Below the pieces are notes generated by a model. The model worked only from the letters and a program-made list of their open reading frames with translations. It did not search any database and had not been told where the DNA came from. Shown piece after piece: positions 61,315 through 64,000 of a DNA stretch of 64,000 nucleotides; the stretch's first letter is position 1, and each line of letters opens with the position of its first letter. Made by a program: the position numbers and the translations under genes. This DNA comes from Macrostomum lignano (Eukaryota), in contig NIVC01002667.1 of the NCBI GenBank assembly GCA_002269645.1, positions 1-64,000 on the forward strand. Reading direction: 5' to 3'.

Positions 61315-63305
61315 TTATCCCCAGATTCCCAAACCGGACATCCCCAGATTCCCAAACCGGACATCCCCAGATTCCCAAACCGGACATACCAGAATACCAA
61401 ACCGGACATACCAGAATTCGAAACCGGACATCCCCAGATTCCCAAACCGGACATCCCCAGATTCCCAAACCGGATATCCCCAGATTCCCAAACCGGACAT
61501 CCCCAGGTTCCCAAACCGGACATCCCCAGATTCCCAAACCGGATATCCCCAGATTCCCAAACCGGACATCCCCAGATTCCCAAACCGGACATCCCCAGAT
61601 TCCCAAACCGGACATCCCAGATTTCCAAACCGGATATCCCCAGATTCCCAAACCGGACATCCCCAGGTTCCCAAACCGGACATCCCCAGATTCCCAAACC
61701 GGACATACCAGAATACCAAACCGGACATACCAGAATTCGAAACCGGACATCCCCAGATTCCCAAACCGGACATCCCCAGATTCCCAAACCGGATATCCCC
61801 AGATTCCCAAACCGGACATCCCCAGGTTCCCAAACCGGACATCCCCAGATTCCCAAACCGGATATCCCCAGATTCCCAAACCGGACATCCCCAGATTCCC
61901 AAACCGGACATCCCCAGATTCCCAAACCGGACATCCCAGATTTCCAAACCGGATATCCCAGATTCCCAAACCGGATATCCCCAGATTCCCAAACCGGACA
62001 TCCCCAGGTTCCCAAACCGGACATCCCCAGATTCCCAAACCGGACATCCCCAGATTCCCAAACCGGATATCCCCAGATTCCCAAACCGGACATCCCCAGA
62101 TTCCCAAACCGGACATCCCCAGGTTCCCAAACCGGACATCCCAGATTCCCAAACCGGACATCCCCAGATTTCCAAACCGGACATCCCCAGATTCCCAAAC
62201 CGGACATCCCCAGATTCCCAAACCGGATATCCCCAGATTCCCAAACCGGACATCCCAGATTCCCAAACCGGACATCCCCAGATTCCCAAACCGGACATCC
62301 CAGATTCCCAAACCGGACATCCCCAGATTCCCAAACCGGATATCCCCAGATTCCCAAACCGGACATCCCAGATTCCCAAACCGGATATCCCCAGATTCCC
62401 AAACCGGACATCCCCAGATTCCCAAACCGGATATCCCCAGATTCCCAAACCGGACATCCCCAGATTCCCAAACCGGACATCCCCAGATTCCCAAACCGGA
62501 CATCCCCAGGTTCCCAAACCGGACATCCCCAGATTCCCAAACCGGACATCCCCAGATTTCCAAACCGGACATCCCCAGATTCCCATACCGGATATCCCAG
62601 ATTCCCAAACCGGACATCCCCAGATTCCCAAACCGGACATCCCCAGGTTCCCAAACCGGACATCCCAGATTCCCAAACCGGGCATCCCCAGATTCCCAAA
62701 CCGGACATCCCAGATTCCCAAACCGGACATCCCCAGATTCCCAAACCGGATATCCCCAGATTCCCAAACCGGACATCCCAGATTCCCAAACCGGATATCC
62801 CCAGATTCCCAAACCGGACATCCCAGATTCCCAAACCGGATATCCTCAGATTCCCAAACCGGACATCCCCAGATTCCCAAACCGGACATCCCCAGATTCC
62901 CAAACCGGACATCCCCAGGTTCCCAAACCGGACATCCCCAGATTCCCAAACCGGACATCCCCAGATTTCCAAACCGGACATCCCCAGATTCCCATACCGG
63001 ATATCCCAGATTCCCAAACCGGACATCCCCAGATTCCCAAACCGGACATCCCCAGGTTCCCAAACCGGACATCCCAGATTCCCAAACCGGGCATCCCCAG
63101 ATTCCCATACCAGATATCCCAGATTTCCAAACCGGACATCCCCAGATTCCCATACCGGATATCCAAGATTCCCAAACGGGACATCCCCAGATTCCCAAAC
63201 CGGACATCCCCAGATTCCCAAAAAGGATATCCCCAGATTCACAAACTGGACATCCCAGATTCCCAAAAAGGATATCCCCAGATTCACAAACTGGACATCC
63301 CAGAT
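61315..63305. repeat. 21-23-bp minisatellite, about 2 kb
   Basis: Unit CCCCAGATTCCCAAACCGGACAT; source of the spurious 500-770 aa ORFs. Confidence 0.97.
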
Positions 63306-63345
63306 GCCTAGAAACCCGGTGCAGTCCAATTTCTGGCTTCCGGCT

Positions 63346-63497
63346 TCACTCCATATTCGAATAGCGAGTCGCCTTGCCGAGCCGGGTGACCAGGTAGCCG
63401 GCCACGATGATCACCATGCTGACCCCGATGACCCCGGCGATGGCCAGGGCGACGATGCCAGTGCGGTGCCGCCTGGAGTCCGCCTCGCACAGAAAGG
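63346..63497 (-). CDS. Last coding exon of a LAMP-family-like type I membrane protein (gene continues beyond the window)
   Basis: Acceptor CGCTCGCAG at 63498-63499. Translation xFLCEADSRRHRTGIVALAIAGVIGVSMVIIVAGYLVTRLGKATRYSNME* shows a juxtamembrane C-x-x-D, a TM helix and a short tail with a Y-x-x-hydrophobic sorting motif. Confidence 0.55.
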
Positions 63498-63519
63498 CTG
63501 CGAGCGGGGAGCGGGCGTC

Positions 63520-63960
63520 TGTATGAGATCTTGTGAGATCTATGTGAGATCTATGTAGGATCTATATGAGATCTATGTAAGATCTATGTGACATTTATGT
63601 GAGATCTATGTCAGATCTATATGAGATCTATATGAGATCTCTGTAGGATCTATATTAGATCTATGTAAGATCTATGTGAAATCTATGTGAGATCTATGTG
63701 AGATCTATCTGAGATCTATATGGGATCTCTGTGAGATCTATGTATGATCTCTGTGAGATCTATGTGAGATATATAAGAGATCTATATGAGATCTCTATGA
63801 GTATATGTGTGATCTATTTGATATATATGTGAGATCTTGTGAGATCTATGGGAGATCTAAATGAGATCTATGTAAGATCTATGTGAGATCTATGTGAGAT
63901 CTAAATGAGATCTATGTAAGATCTAAATGAGATCTATGTGAGATCTATATGATAAAATTG
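63520..63960. repeat. About 11-bp degenerate minisatellite (GAGATCTATGT)n
   Basis: Direct inspection; lies in the intron upstream of the LAMP-like exon. Confidence 0.9.
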
Positions 63961-64000
63961 CGATCTATATAACTCTCATAGTCAATCTACAGGTACATTG

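Overview
Eukaryotic (metazoan) genomic DNA with spliceosomal introns. The style (GC-rich exons, introns packed with minisatellites, AT-rich TE zones) resembles the flatworm Macrostomum lignano, but that assignment is inference only. Five complete multi-exon genes and one partial gene can be reconstructed by hand with frame-consistent GT-AG junctions: TMEM38/TRIC channel (+), GON4L (+), KDEL receptor (+), LIM-homeobox Lhx2/9 (-), a strongly divergent Cys-loop receptor subunit (-), and the last exon of a LAMP-like membrane protein (-). Mobile elements include a 5'-truncated RNase H-containing non-LTR retrotransposon with a 12-bp TSD, two P-like non-autonomous DNA transposons and several hAT-like MITEs with 8-bp TSDs, one pair nested. 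About 30 distinct tandem-repeat arrays generate most of the long ORFs in the supplied track, and these are spurious. The most notable signals are: (1) CpG- and CpA/TpG-to-TpA erosion, RIP-like in spectrum, confined to TE-rich domains and apparently reaching a host coding exon; (2) a Cys-loop subunit that appears to lack about half of its ligand-binding domain; (3) intron-specific minisatellites that often carry splice-site-like motifs and short inverted repeats. All gene models and alignments were done by eye, and family comparisons are from memory.
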